From positions 19,840,001 to 19,904,000 of the forward strand of contig NC_043006.1 in assembly GCF_006345805.1 (NCBI RefSeq): DNA of 64,000 nt, in the 5' to 3' direction. Positions 11,259-23,784 of the stretch are shown here, piece by piece. The notes under the pieces were generated by a model. It searched no databases. It saw only the letters and a list, made by a program, of their open reading frames with translations, and was not told the origin of the DNA. The DNA is from Octopus sinensis. Lineage: Eukaryota. The position numbers and the translations under genes are program-made. Every line of letters begins with the position of its first letter. Within the stretch, counting starts at the first letter, position 1.

Positions 11259-12289
11259 ATTAAACTTAAATGTTGAAGTGAATCGAACGGCTTTTGTGTG
11301 TTTCTTAAATGGCTTACAAACACCTTCCACGCTGCAATTATATTTACGAATTTTTAAATATCAAACAGAATAGTTGCAATGACAAATATATATGCAAAAC
11401 AAGTCCCAAGCTTGTTTGGCAAGTGATTTGCAAAAAAATAACGTTTTCCAATTTCAATTGTTTCCGTTACCTCTTATTACTCCCTTTGCTCTAGGCACAA
11501 GGCCGGAAATTTTGGGGAAGGGAGCCAGTCGAACAGATCGAGTACTTAATTTATCGACCTCGAAAGGATGAAAGGCAAAGTTGACCTCGGTGGAATTTGA
11601 ACTCAGAACGTAAAGGCAAATGAAATACTGCTAAGCATTTCACCCAGCATGCTAACATTTCTGCCAGCTCGCCACCTTACTCCCCCTCAGATTGTGAGAT
11701 TACAATATGTAAACAGTACCTCTCTCTTTCACTATATAACACACACACACACACACATACATATGTATACGTGTATATATATATGTCTCTCTACACTGAA
11801 AAAGTGACTTGTAATCAAAGACAGAGTGCCAAGGAAGTGTGTCAACTGTATTGTACAATGTAGCTAACTGCCTTACATAATAATGATGATCAGTTTACTG
11901 AAACATGAGTATATTTTATAAAGCTAAACTGCCATTCACACTGCGTGTGTGTGTGTGTGTGTGTGTGCATAGCCTAGAGTTTAAGTTGTTTGGCTTACAA
12001 CCATAATATCATGGCTTTCAGTTACTGAGCTGCCCCAGTCTATTCAGCTCAAAATAAGTACCAGCTGAGTGGTGGTACAGCTCTCTCTCTCTCTCCCTCC
12101 TGCTATTACACCCTAAATATGCTGGTGAGTCAAAGGATATCTATGTCTGCTTGCAACTACAAACACACCTAAAACAATTAGCAAAAGCATGGTACATATT
12201 ACCAAGCCACAATCGATTGCAGATGACAGCTTTCTCATATCTATCTATCTATCTATATATATATAATATATATATATATATATCATCAT

Positions 12290-12940
12290 CATCATCATCA
12301 TCATCATCGTTTAGCGTCCGTTTTCCATGCTAGCATGGGTTGGACGGTTCTACTGGGGTCTGTGAAGCCAGAAGGCTTCATCAGGCCCAGTCAAATCTGG
12401 CAGTGTTTCTACGGCTGGATGCCCTTCCTAACGCCAACCACTCCGTGAGTGTAGTGGGTGCTTTTTACGTGCCACCCGCACTGGTGCCAGACAGAGCTGG
12501 CAAACGGCCACGAACGGATGGTGCTTTTTATGTGCCACCGGCACGAGGGCCAGGCGAGGCTGGCAACGGACACGAAACGGGGCGGTGCTGGCAACGGTCG
12601 CGAAACGGAAAGTTCTCTTACATGCCACCAGCACTGGTAACACATCTGCAATTTCCATTGATCGATTTCGATTCTGATCCTCACTTGCCTCAACGGGTCT
12701 TCACAAGCAGAGTTTCGACATGCCACCGGCACTGGTAGCACATCCGCAATTTCCATTGATCGATTTCGATTCTGATCCTCACTTGCCTCAACACGTCTTC
12801 ACAAGTAGAGTTTTGTGTCCCAAGAAGGGAAGGTATGCATACGTAGGCTGGCTCCATCCCATGTAGAAGGCCACGGGTTATGGACTCACTTGTCCTGCCA
12901 GGTCTTCTCGCGCACAGCACACTTATATAAAGAAATAGAG
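12290..12940 (-). mobile_element. SINE-like family C, long copy
   Basis: Family core plus duplicated internal modules (12650-12715 is repeated at about 12745-12810). Confidence 0.8.
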
Positions 12941-12991
12941 AGAGAGTGAGAGAGAGAGAGAGTGAGAGAGAGAGAGAGAGAGATACATATA

Positions 12992-13956
12992 CGAGGGGTG
13001 TTCCTTGGATATTTCCCCTGACCCACTTCCCAGGAACTGGGATAAATGAAACTTGGCATAATTATTAGTCCTTCTCTACATGGCCACCACCAATGGTAAC
13101 ACATTTCTCCCATTGCTTTAAGCAGCTGTGCAAACCTTGGCTGTAGAAGTTAGGGAGGTTGCATCTGGAGCCAAGACTTTACTTTGGAAATAAGTTCATC
13201 ATCATCATCCGAAAAGTGCTTCCTCTTCAAAAAAGACTTCAAGGTTGGAAAGAGTCGGATGTCAGATGGTGCAAGATCAGGAAAGTAAGGGGAATAAGGA
13301 AGGATTTCATAGCTGCAAGAGTGCGCTTTCATCTGGGCAACATGTGCATTGTGACCTGGGGTGTTGTGTTGGAGGGAGCAGATACTTTTGGTCAGTATGC
13401 CACACCTGTCTGCTTTGATAGTGTCCTGCAATTTCTGCAGCAGAGAAGCATAATACGCCCCATTAATTGTGGTGCCCTTTGCCAGAAAACCTTACACTAA
13501 TCTTCCCTTCTTGGGCTAGTTACCAAATGGCTATGTGGCAAGCCTCCAAATGGTGGGTTTCATTTTATGGATGGTATTGTCATCAATGGCAGAATGTGGT
13601 CATCTGGGAATAGGAGCAGTTTCCACCAATGTCTGACTACATCTCAACTGGCAATGCCAGTGCTTGACTACATCGTATGATTGTGCATCGTCACCATAAA
13701 CTTCTTTCATTTCATCAAAAGCCTCTTTTGGTGTACGACCTTTCAGGTATAAGAACCTGATCACTGATCTGAATTCAACTGCCTCCATCGTAACACCTTA
13801 GTCCACTTCAGCAGCCATAAAAGACAAACGAATACTAGTGAAAAGCTGCAATTTACAATATGACATGTAGAGACATGTATGATTATATGTGTACAAGTTA
13901 TGCTTCCTGCAGTAACCAGAAGTGGGTCAGGGGAAATCTTTATTGAGCACCCCTCA
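12992..13956 (-). mobile_element. Degenerate mariner transposon with both TIRs
   Basis: TIRs CGAGGGGTG..TTTCCCCTGACCCACTTC and the matching reverse end. Relic ORFs EFRSVIRFLYLKG and HNTPGH...PYSPYFPDLAPSDIRLFPTLK. Confidence 0.88.
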
Positions 13957-14167
13957 TTTTATATATACGTGTATGTGCGTGTATCATCATCATCATCATC
14001 GTTTAACGTCCGCTTTCCATGCTAGCATGGGTTGGACGGTTCAACTGGGGTCTGGCGAGCCCGAAGGCTGCACCAGGCCAGTCAGATCTGGCAGTGTTTC
14101 TACAGCTGGATGCCCTTCCTAACGCCAAGCACTCCGAGAGTGTAGTGGGTGATTTTATGTGCCACCG

Positions 14168-14221
<54 letters not shown>

Positions 14222-14399
14222 TCACACATGCACATATATATACATAGATACACACATGCACACATATATAGGGTGTGTTTGTTGAATATATTGTCCTCTA
14301 AATTACCCAAAAAGGAAAATAACAATTCACATTTTAACAGATATATTTACTAAAATTACATAAAAATATCTTGAAATACTAAAGTGTAAATTTATTCTA

Positions 14400-14760
14400 T
14401 GGAATCACCATTGGCTTCAACCATGGCCTTCCAGACAACTTCAGCATCTCCTACAACACTTCTGGATGGTCTCCATGTTTAAGTTGGTAAATCTTTGCCT
14501 TCATTCATCTTTGGTGGTACAAGGAGTTTTGTTAGTCTCTCACTCAACTGCACCCCATACATAATAATCAAGAGGCTTGCAGTCTGGGGAGTTAGGCACC
14601 AAATGTTAGGGCTGATGTAGTCACAGAAATTGTCTGACAGCCATGTCTGGATTCTCCTGCTTGTGTAGCATGGTGCAAAGTCCTGTTGCCAAACATAGGG
14701 TCTTCCGGCAGCCATCCTCTTGACCCAGAGCAGCACTACAAGTCAACCCTGAGCACTAAT
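14400..14760 (-). mobile_element. Tc1/mariner transposase C-terminal relic
   Basis: Translation GRPYVWQQDFAPCYTSRRIQTWLSDNF resembles the QQD-AP-H motif region. Confidence 0.7.
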
Positions 14761-15340
14761 TGTACATATCTTCTATGTTACATCATCAGACGTGATATTA
14801 CTTGAACTCTACGCACGTGTGTGTGTGTGTATTTGGGTAAATGTATGTAGAATAACGTATCAGTTGAATAAAGTTACATGGTCTGATTTTTACATTTTTT
14901 ATCATTGCATTTAAAAAAAGTTTTTTACACTGTTGAAGTGTGCTAAACATTAAAAAAAATATCCTGTAATGTTCATAAAGTTTAATTAGCACTTTCATAC
15001 GTTCATAGTAATCATCAGATTTCAAAATGTCTTTAACTGACAGTTGAGTTCTTGGCAATTGTAGAAAAAAATGATTGGTGTGTGTGTGTTGAGGAGTGGG
15101 GGGGGGGGCGATGGTATAAGATAGAAATTCAGAGATTTGTGTGTCCATCACAGTAATCTCCCCTTGCAGATTTGGTCAGTAGTGCACATAGTAATCCAAT
15201 CCAATGCAGAGAAGTAAAATGCAGTGTCTATTCAGAAGAACTGATCAATGCAAATATTTCATGATGTATATATAAACCAGAAAAGTTTGGCGGGATGAGA
15301 GATGAATATTTATTTATTTAATCATGTGACCTCCTTGGGA

Positions 15341-15606
15341 TTACAGTTGTTTCACAACCTTCTTCGTGTAGTATTAATTTCAGTGGAAGAAATTAAACTT
15401 ACATGTTTGCATTAATATGCATTCTCAGTATTGTACAATATAATTGTTCATTCAGAAATTGGTTAGTGAATATACATGATATTTATTCATTTATGAATAC
15501 ACAAATTTTATTGTATAATTCTGAGTATGCATATTGATGCAGACGTGTAAGAATAATTTTTACTACACTGAAATTAATACTACATGAAGTTTGCTGAACA
15601 ACCATA
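15341..15606. mobile_element. Old MITE-like element with long diverged terminal inverted repeats
   Basis: 15362-15440 matches the reverse complement of 15507-15590 (e.g. GTAGTATTAATTTCAGTG / CACTGAAATTAATACTAC). Confidence 0.6.
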
Positions 15607-15677
15607 AACGTAAGGATGCTACATGTCTAAATAATTGCATATTCACCTCTTATAGTTCCTGACTTTTATGGTTTATG

Positions 15678-15811
<134 letters not shown>

Positions 15812-16780
15812 AGTAAATAAAAGTGCACAGTATTATATATCCATTACAGCCGATCTTCCTAATCAGTTTCGCACTATGGATTCAATGGAGTGTTGGGTAA
15901 CAATCCGATTATGTAATTCTGTGCTCTTCAGAGGTCGCTGTTATGAAATGAAATATGGCAACTGCTCTCTATTTTATATGTATACTTATATATGCATATA
16001 TGTGTGTGTATTGTGCATGTATAAGTTTGTGTGTGTGCGTGTACCATCATCAGCATCCCCAACATCATTTAACATCTGCTTTTCATGCTGGCATAAGTTA
16101 GATAGTTTGAAAGGAATCAGCAAGCCAGAGGACAGCATCAATCCCAATTCCCAAGTGTCTGTTTTGGCATGGTTTCTATGACAGGATGCCCTTCATAATG
16201 CAAATCCCATTATAATGTGTACTGGATGCTTCTTACATGGCACTGGCACTAGTGAGATCATTAAGTAGCTTGCAAGACAAGGTGAATATAAGAGAATTGA
16301 TGTAAAGGTTTGGCCAGGATGAGGGGCCAATATGACTCCTAAACACTGATCACTCATATGAATGGGCACATATTTTGCAAAGGAAATCAATTTGCATGCA
16401 ACCAAATTCCTGCACACACCCACAAAAAAAAAAAAAATTAGGAAAACAATGCCCAGCAGACAAATAAATTCATAATCTTTAGACCCACCACCTCGACTGA
16501 CTTATAATGAAAATCTTATACTACACTTTCAATAACTGTATCTTTTTATGTTACTATAACTTTTGAAAGATTTATAATGCTACCAAACCAGATTTCATGG
16601 TTATGTTATTAGCATCAAGCTGACATACAGATTAAATTATTTTTATTAAAAGTAACTTAGAAGAGAAAGCACTACTTTTTTCCTGTCAAGGGCTGATATG
16701 CACCAATATTAGGCTATTTCTTTAGTCATTACACGGTGATCACTTATAAGCTTTAATCTTATAAAATATTATTATTATCA

Positions 16781-17034
16781 GAGATGTACTTGCATAGCAA
16801 GTGACCTGATCTGAGATTGTGTGCTAGAATGAAAACAATTGCAACATGGAAGGTGTTTATAAACCATTTAAGAAACACACAAAAACCGTTAGATTCACTT
16901 CAACATTTAAATTTAATTTGCCAAAATATTTTTGTTGCTTTGAGACTGCGACCTGTTCACTGACAAAATTCAGTGCAGCACAGAATCTAACGGTTTTTGT
17001 GTGTTTCTTATAAACACCTTGCACACTACAATTG

Positions 17035-17040
<6 letters not shown>
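16781..17040. mobile_element. Second copy of the palindromic G3:C8 hammerhead element (right arm internally deleted)
   Basis: Homologous to 11013-11340 with the same fold-back centre GTGC-A-GCAC. The minus-strand motif at 16919-16965 keeps GTGAACA but GAAA has become AAAA. Confidence 0.8.
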
Positions 17041-17072
<32 letters not shown>

Positions 17073-17249
17073 CATCATTTATAGAATTGTTAAAATTGAT
17101 ACTGCTTACCAAAAACCATCGCACAAAAGAGAAATACTTGATATAGTAACATTGCAATTTATCTCCTTCTTTCACACCGAGATCTTTTTTTTTCTTTTTT
17201 CATTAGAAATACAAAGAAAAATAGTGAAACATCAATAGAGTAACATTAG

Positions 17250-17935
17250 TTGGTATTCATTGATCCAGAGAGGAAATGCTGGCTGTGTACAAAGCCTATG
17301 AATGATGTCCAGAAATAGAAGTATATTATTCTGATTGAAGAATTGAAAGTATGCTATAGTGAAATACTGTTGTAGTGTAGACTCTATACATACATAGAAG
17401 CTCTTGTGTTAAAGCAAAGGCTCATATGAAGTGGTCATCTGGTCAGGATGAAGGATTCAAGAATGCCAAAACAACTCTTTTATGGAGAGTTAGCTAAAGA
17501 AGAACGACCTCCACATAAACCAAAAAAGAGGTAAAAGGACTTGCTGAAGGCATCCTTAAGAGATGCTTGCATCTCTCCTGACACATGGGAAGGCATAGCT
17601 ATTGATCGTAGCTGGTGGAGAAGGATTGTGCACGAGGGGACAGCCACCTTTGAGAAATCTCGAGTTGCACATGAGAAAGTAAGGAGGGATGTCAGGAAGG
17701 GCATCGCTGTTACACTTCCAGATGGGAAGGGTCTTCCTTTGATGCTGACATGCAAAGGTACATGAAGCCCAGTTACAACTACAGCCGGCTATTACCAGTA
17801 AAGGTTTTAGTTGCCAATTCTGTGCAAGACATTGTAGATCTTTAACTGGGCTAAAAAGTCACATTCAATCACAGCACCAGTAACAGTTAAGCTTCGTGCA
17901 ATGGCCATACTCGATAACGAGGGGGAAGCCATAAT
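17250..17935 (+). mobile_element. RTE (BovB-like) LINE 3' fragment, degenerate
   Basis: GHLVRMKDSRMPKQLFYGEL, WEGIAIDRSWWR, and a terminal C2H2-like CQFCARHCRSLTGLKSH. Confidence 0.85.
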
Positions 17936-18219
17936 AATACATACATCCAAATGTAACAGGGACCAACTGGTCTTTGGCTGCTTAGAACTAGTTTATCGAT
18001 GTGTTAGGTTTGTTGTGTTAAGCAGAGAATGTAATACAGAGTAAAAAGTCTTTTTAGTTTTGTCCTTTAGGTTCAAAAAATTACACAAGAATCGTGCATT
18101 GTATATTGGTTTCAAATTTTGGCACAGAGCCAGCAGTTTTAGGAAAGAGGTATATCTGTTACATCATCTCCTGTATTCAACTGGTACATATTTCATTGAC
18201 TTTGAAGGGATGAAAGGCA

Positions 18220-18645
18220 CCATCCGTAAAAAACACCATCCGAGCATGGCCGTTCGCCAGCCTCGTCTGGCACCTGTGTCGGTGGCACATAAAAAACACC
18301 ATCCGAGCGTGGCCATTCGCCAGCCTCGTCTGGCACCTGTGTCGGTGGCACATAAAAAACACCATCTGTGCGTGGCCGTTCGCCAGCCTCGTCTGGCACC
18401 TGTGTCGGTGGCACATAAAAAACACCATCTGAGCGTGGCCGTTCGCCAGCCTCGTCTGGCACCTGTGTCGGTGGCACATAAAAAGCACCCATTACACTCA
18501 CGGAGTGGTTGGCGTTAGGAAGGGCATCCAGCTGTAGAAACACTGCCAGATCTTACTGGCCTGGTGCAGCCTTCGGGCTTCCCAGACCCCAGTTGAACCG
18601 TCCAACCCATGCTAGCATGGAAAGCGGATGTTAAACGATGATGAT
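18220..18645 (+). mobile_element. SINE-like family C with 4 x 63-bp tandem array
   Basis: Units start at 18231, 18294, 18357 and 18420 and run into the family core. Confidence 0.85.
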
Positions 18646-19107
18646 AAAAGGCAAAGGCAACCTCAGTGGAATTTGAACTCAGAATGTGAAGATGGACGAA
18701 ATGCCACTAAGTATTTTGCTCGTTGTGCTATCAATTCTGGTAGGACACCACCTTCAAGAATTACATTTGTATAGTAATAGTTATTAAAAAAAGATAAGAA
18801 AATATAAGAAGTGATTCTGGCAAAGCAAGAACAATGCTTTGTCCTAACTTGAGGTTTGATTAGTTAGCTTAATATAGCTGAGAGAATAAATATTTGTAAG
18901 AATCAAAGCACTGTCACTGATACTGTTTCCAAATGATAAGTGAATAGGCACAGGAGTGGCTGTGTGGTAAGTAGCTTGCTAACCAACCACATGGTTGCGG
19001 GTTCAGTCCCACTGCGTGGCATCTTGGGCAAGTGTCTTCTGCTATAGCCCCGGGCCGACCAATGCCTTGTGAGTGGATTTGGTAGACAGAAACTGAAAGA
19101 AGCCTGT

Positions 19108-19147
<40 letters not shown>

Positions 19148-19543
19148 TATAATATATATATATATATATATATGTATATGTGTGTCTGTGTTTGTCCCCC
19201 CCCCCTAGCATTGCTTGACAACCGATGCTGATGTGTTTACGTCCCCGTCACTTAGCGGTTCGGCAAAAGAGACCGATAGAATAAGTACTGGGCTTACAAA
19301 GAATAAGTCCCGGGGTCGATTTGCTCGACTAACGGCAGTGCTCCAGCATAGCCGCAGTCAAATGACTGAAACATGTAAAAGAGTAAAGAGTATTAAGTAA
19401 ATATATTTATTATGAACTGTACATAACTACTAAGGTACTTTTTCATAGTAATGTAATATCACAATACATCTTTCATTATCTGTTAGAAAGCAATAAAGTC
19501 CTTCAGATTTATATAAAGCGTAAACATACATACATACATACAT

Positions 19544-19596
<53 letters not shown>

Positions 19597-19904
19597 AGGC
19601 ACAATGGCCCACTGGTTAGGGCAGCGGACACGCGGTCGTAGGATCGCAGTTTCGATTTGTAGACCGGGCGTTGTGAGTGTTTATTGAGCAAAAACACCTA
19701 AAAGCTCCACGAGGCTCCGGCAGGGGGTGGTGATCCCTGCTGTACTCTTTCACCACAACTTTCTCCCACTCTTTCTTCTGTTGGCCTCCTCGCTTAGCCA
19801 GCGGGGTGGCGTCATTTGAAGGCTAAATAAAAAAATGCGAACACATTGTGACCAGCGATGTGTAACTACATCTGATAGCCTGGTCGGTCACAGTGATCAC
19901 GGTG

Positions 19905-19937
<33 letters not shown>

Positions 19938-20121
19938 TCCTTTCTACTATAGGTACCCAATCACCCTGACCCCAGTGTTCAACTGGTACTTATTTCGATG
20001 ACCCCCAAAAGGATGAAAGGCAAAGTCAACCTCGATGGAATTCGAACTCAGAACATAAAGACAGGTGAAATATCACAAAGCATTTTGCCCAGCGTGCTAA
20101 CGATTCTGCCAGCTCACCACC

Positions 20122-20180
<59 letters not shown>

Positions 20181-20191
20181 TATAATAATAA

Positions 20192-20530
20192 TGGGGGACC
20201 ATCATAGCCATGTGTTGAGAGGGATTCTTTGGGGTTTGAATAATTCACCTCTGGAAACATGGGTGTTTCGTTCCACATCCTCAAACAACCCTTATTCAGG
20301 GACCTTTTGAGCGGCATGGGTTACTCGACTAGAAGAAAATTCTAACTGGGTCCCACCTGCAAGGTCATGTTCTGTTTATCTTGATATGAGATCACCATGT
20401 CGTGCACATATGGTTGTGATGCATGTGTCTGGTGTAGCCTTATCAGATGGGTAGTCATGATGGATATACTGGGCTCTTCGTATATTTTACTCCAGCGTCA
20501 CTTTGATGGCATGCACTGCTCTCTCACTCA
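20192..20530 (+). mobile_element. Family D retroposon embedded in (TAA)n
   Basis: About 340-bp element GGGGGAGCATCATAGCC...CTCTCTCACTC-(AAT)n. Other copies at about 34258-34560, 35469-35805 and 39345-39472. Confidence 0.75.
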
Positions 20531-21109
20531 ATAATAATAATAATAATAATAATAATCCTTTCTACTGTGGGCACAAAGCCCGAAGTTTTCGGGGAGGGAG
20601 CAAGTCGATTACATCAACCCCCAATCAACCCTAAGACGATGAAAGGCAAGTTGACCTTGGCTGAAATTGAACTCTGAACATAAGGGTGGACCAAATGCCA
20701 CCAAGCATTTTGTCCAACATGCTAACGATTCTGCCAGTTTGCTGCTTTAAAAAATAATAATGATAATAAAACTTGTATGTGTGTGTGTGCATGTGCACGC
20801 GTGTGTGTGCGCACATATGCACACATATACAGTATTCATGCTAGCCTGAATTGAGAGGAGCTCAGAGTATTTTACTGCTAGTAGTACTCCTTTGTCACAA
20901 TGCAACAAAGAATAACCAACATTAGATGCTTGCAGAGAGTCAGTGTCTCCATCCATTCCTTTTTTTTCTTTTTTGGCATGATCAATAAGCAGCTCTCTGG
21001 CAAGTCAGCTCCTGTCAAACCATTCAACCTATGTGGGTTTAAAAAACAGACATTAAATGACAATAATACTACTACTACTACTACTATGGCAATCCCTCAA
21101 GGTCGAGGA

Positions 21110-21335
21110 TGATGGTCTTCGCGCAAATTTATTGGTGAGTCCGCAGGTGACTGATAAGACCAATTCTTGCTCGAAAAGATCGGTCACAGTGCGGACATCT
21201 AGTGCCAGAAGGGAGAGTCGCACGTGGTTGTTGTTGGTGCTCCTTCCGTCGTCGTCTTTTCTCCTCCAGCTCTGCAGACCTTTTCGACTCGAAATTCGCC
21301 GTTCCCTCATGGATGGTGGTTTTCCAGAGTGGTCT
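21110..21335 (-). mobile_element. RTE LINE 3' end
   Basis: WKTTIHEGTANFE...CPHCDRSFRARIGLISHLRTH (typical RTE C-terminal C2H2 finger). Confidence 0.88.
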
Positions 21336-21440
21336 GTTTTTTACACACACACACTAATACTGAATAGTGAGAACAGGTGTTCAACACTGCATTGGTGGGT
21401 AAATATTCATTATTTATGGGTTAACAAGGCTACCTGTGAA

Positions 21441-22370
21441 GGGATATGGCTCAGCGGTTAGAGCATTGTGCTCACAATCATTAGGTAGTGAAGTTGATTC
21501 TTAGACCAGGTTGTGTGTTGTGTTCTTGAGCAAGACACTTTATTTCGTGTTGCCTCAGTTCACCAAGCTGTATCGGCCTTTGACTTTCCTTTGGATAATA
21601 TCAGTGGTGTATGTGGAGGCGCAATGGCCCAGTGGTTAGGGCAGCGGACTCGCGGTCATAGGATCGCAGTTTCGATTCCCAGACCGGGCGTTGTGAGTGT
21701 TTATTGAGCGAAAACACCTAAAAAGCTCCACGAGGCTCCGGCAGGGGATGGTGGTGATCCCTGCTGTACTCTTTCACCACAACTTTCTCTCACTCTTATT
21801 TCCTGTTTCTGTTGTACCTGTATTTCAAGGGGCTGGCCTTGTCACTCTCTGTGTCACGCTGAATATCCCCGAGAACTACGTTAAGGGTGCACGTGTCTGT
21901 GGAATGCTCAGCCACTTACACGTTAATTTCACGAGCAGGCTGTTCCATTGATTCAGATCAACCGGAACCCTCATCGTCGTAACCGACGGAGTGCTTCCCA
22001 TCAGTGGTGTGGAGAGAGGCTACGACGATCAAGGAGGACCTCTCCATGCTCACAGATCCGCAGGTGGTCAGCCTACGCCGATGGAACCGTGACTGGCTCA
22101 CTATCTCCAGTGAACTGGCGGCAGGACCGTCATGCGTGGGCTGCCATGGTTCGAGATGCCTCGAGGTGGTAGAAGAAGCCGACTCCACCTGCCCGGGGTG
22201 AATGTCGCCACAAGTACAAGTAAGTAAGTGTGGAGAGGAGAGGCTGGTATGCATGGGTGACTGCTGGTCTTCCATAAAAACAATCTTGCCTGGACTCATG
22301 CCTCAGAGGGTAACTTTCTAGGTGCAATCCCTTTGTCATTCATGACTGAAGGGGGTCTTTACCCTTTACT
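21441..22370 (+). mobile_element. SINE family F interrupted by a SINE E copy (about 21611-21999) and an RTE 3' fragment (about 22017-22228)
   Basis: An uninterrupted F copy lies at 58236-58570. Duplications ATCAGTGGTGT (21600-21610/22000-22010) and GTGTGGAGAG (22007-22016/22229-22238). Confidence 0.8.
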
Positions 22371-22474
22371 CTAACCAGGCTACCAAATAGTTTCAGTGGA
22401 GAGAAATTTCTCAACAATTATCAAGCCTCCCACATGGGCATGTGAGAAGCTTGACAATATACACATACATCCAT

Positions 22475-22687
22475 ATATGTAAATGCATTAAAATGGAAAA
22501 AAATGATGGTAAATTATTTTTAAAATTGTAGACTCATCGTAGACGTGTGCTAATACCCAGAAGGGCTCGATATGAATCCCGACTATAAGATACCCGGTTT
22601 TGGTTAAACTGCACCACAAAATGTGGGAGTAGTTAGGAATCTAAATCGTAGGAGACAGACACACAACTTCACTTTTATATATAAAGA
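22475..22687 (-). mobile_element. Non-autonomous Helitron, 5' part
   Basis: Reverse complement of the 5' half of 41652-41961 (TCTTTATATATAAAA...GATTTAGATTCCTAACTACTCCCA). Confidence 0.7.
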
Positions 22688-23174
22688 TATATATATATAG
22701 GAACACTCCGTCGGTTACGATGACAAGGGTCCAAGCTGATCCGATCAACGGAACAGCTTGCTTGTGAAATTAACGTGCAAGTGGCTGAGCATTCCACAGA
22801 CACGTGTACCCTTAACGTAGATCACAAGGAGATTCAGCATGATACAGAGTGTGATAAGGCGGGGCCTTTTTGAAATCCAGGTACTACTCATTTTTACCAG
22901 CTGAGTTAACTGGAGCAACGTGAAAATGTCTTGCTCAAGGACACAATGCGTTGTTGGGAATTGAACTCACGACCTTACGATCATGAGCTGATTGCCCTAA
23001 CCACTAAGCCACACGTCCTCACTATATATATATATATATACAATTTAACACCACTCTTAAAAGTTAAGAATAAAGTTACATACAAAGTTTATTTCTCAGC
23101 CCATGGTCAGATAAAACTGAAATGTAACAACTTGGCTTACTATTTCCAGGGTTTATTATTGTGCTTCTTTAAAG

Positions 23175-23315
23175 CAGGTATGGGCAACCTTTTATGAGAA
23201 GCAGACCATGAGATAGGGTTCATCATCAGGTGAGCCATGATACTAAAAAAATTCAAAGTAATTTTTCATTGGTGAGCCATTCAGAAAGTATCATGAGCCA
23301 CAATTTGCCCATGAA
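23175..23315. mobile_element. hAT-like MITE
   Basis: CAGGTATGGGCAA ... TTGCCCATG ends. A related truncated copy lies at about 9835-9945. Confidence 0.5.
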
Positions 23316-23784
23316 TGATTTAAAGTTTAACCTCCAGCTCAAAACTATCGTCATCTTTATTTCCATCCACTTTTCAAACTGGTATGGGTTGGATGGGTCA
23401 CCATAGTCAGAGTTAATGCTTATTCTTGATTATTTCTCACCAAGATGGGTCAGAAAGACTTTATCTTTCATTTATAGCATAGTTTGTTTGGTTGGATGTT
23501 CTTCTTAACACCAACTACATTAGTGTTCCTTCATAGCACCATCACTAGAGAGGTGTCATGTCCCCAACAAGACAAAAAAGGGACCTCAGAGAAATGAACA
23601 CTTAGTTTGAAGGATGATATTAGGATCTCATTCAGAGTGTATGGCCCCATTCAGAATGTAACCCTTATTCAGTTATGACAAACTGGAGCATGCAAACATT
23701 GATAAGTTTGTTTTGTTTTTTGGGGTTTTTTTTGTTTTTTGCATTCTTAAGGGAGTTTTTTTATCATCAAATAATCACATTTAA

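Larger units (their letters stand above)
11013..11340. mobile_element. Palindromic (fold-back) element carrying two G3:C8 hammerhead motifs
   Basis: Arms about 11057-11199 and 11201-11339, centred on GTGC-A-GCAC. A second family member lies at 16781-17040. Confidence 0.8.

Noticed and set aside
14996-15045. Protein-like TQLSVKDILKSDDYYE with a GTATGA donor on the minus strand
   Set aside because: Weak acceptor, and the phases fit none of the neighbouring candidate exons.
18231-18482. Regular 63-bp repeats suggestive of a CRISPR array or repeat protein
   Set aside because: No unique spacers. The units are an internal array of a SINE-like element in a eukaryotic genome.
20860-21031. Possible exon after TTTTTTAAACCCACATAG on the minus strand
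   Set aside because: Phase 0 hits a stop after seven codons, the other open frame runs through an A-tract, and there is no clear donor.
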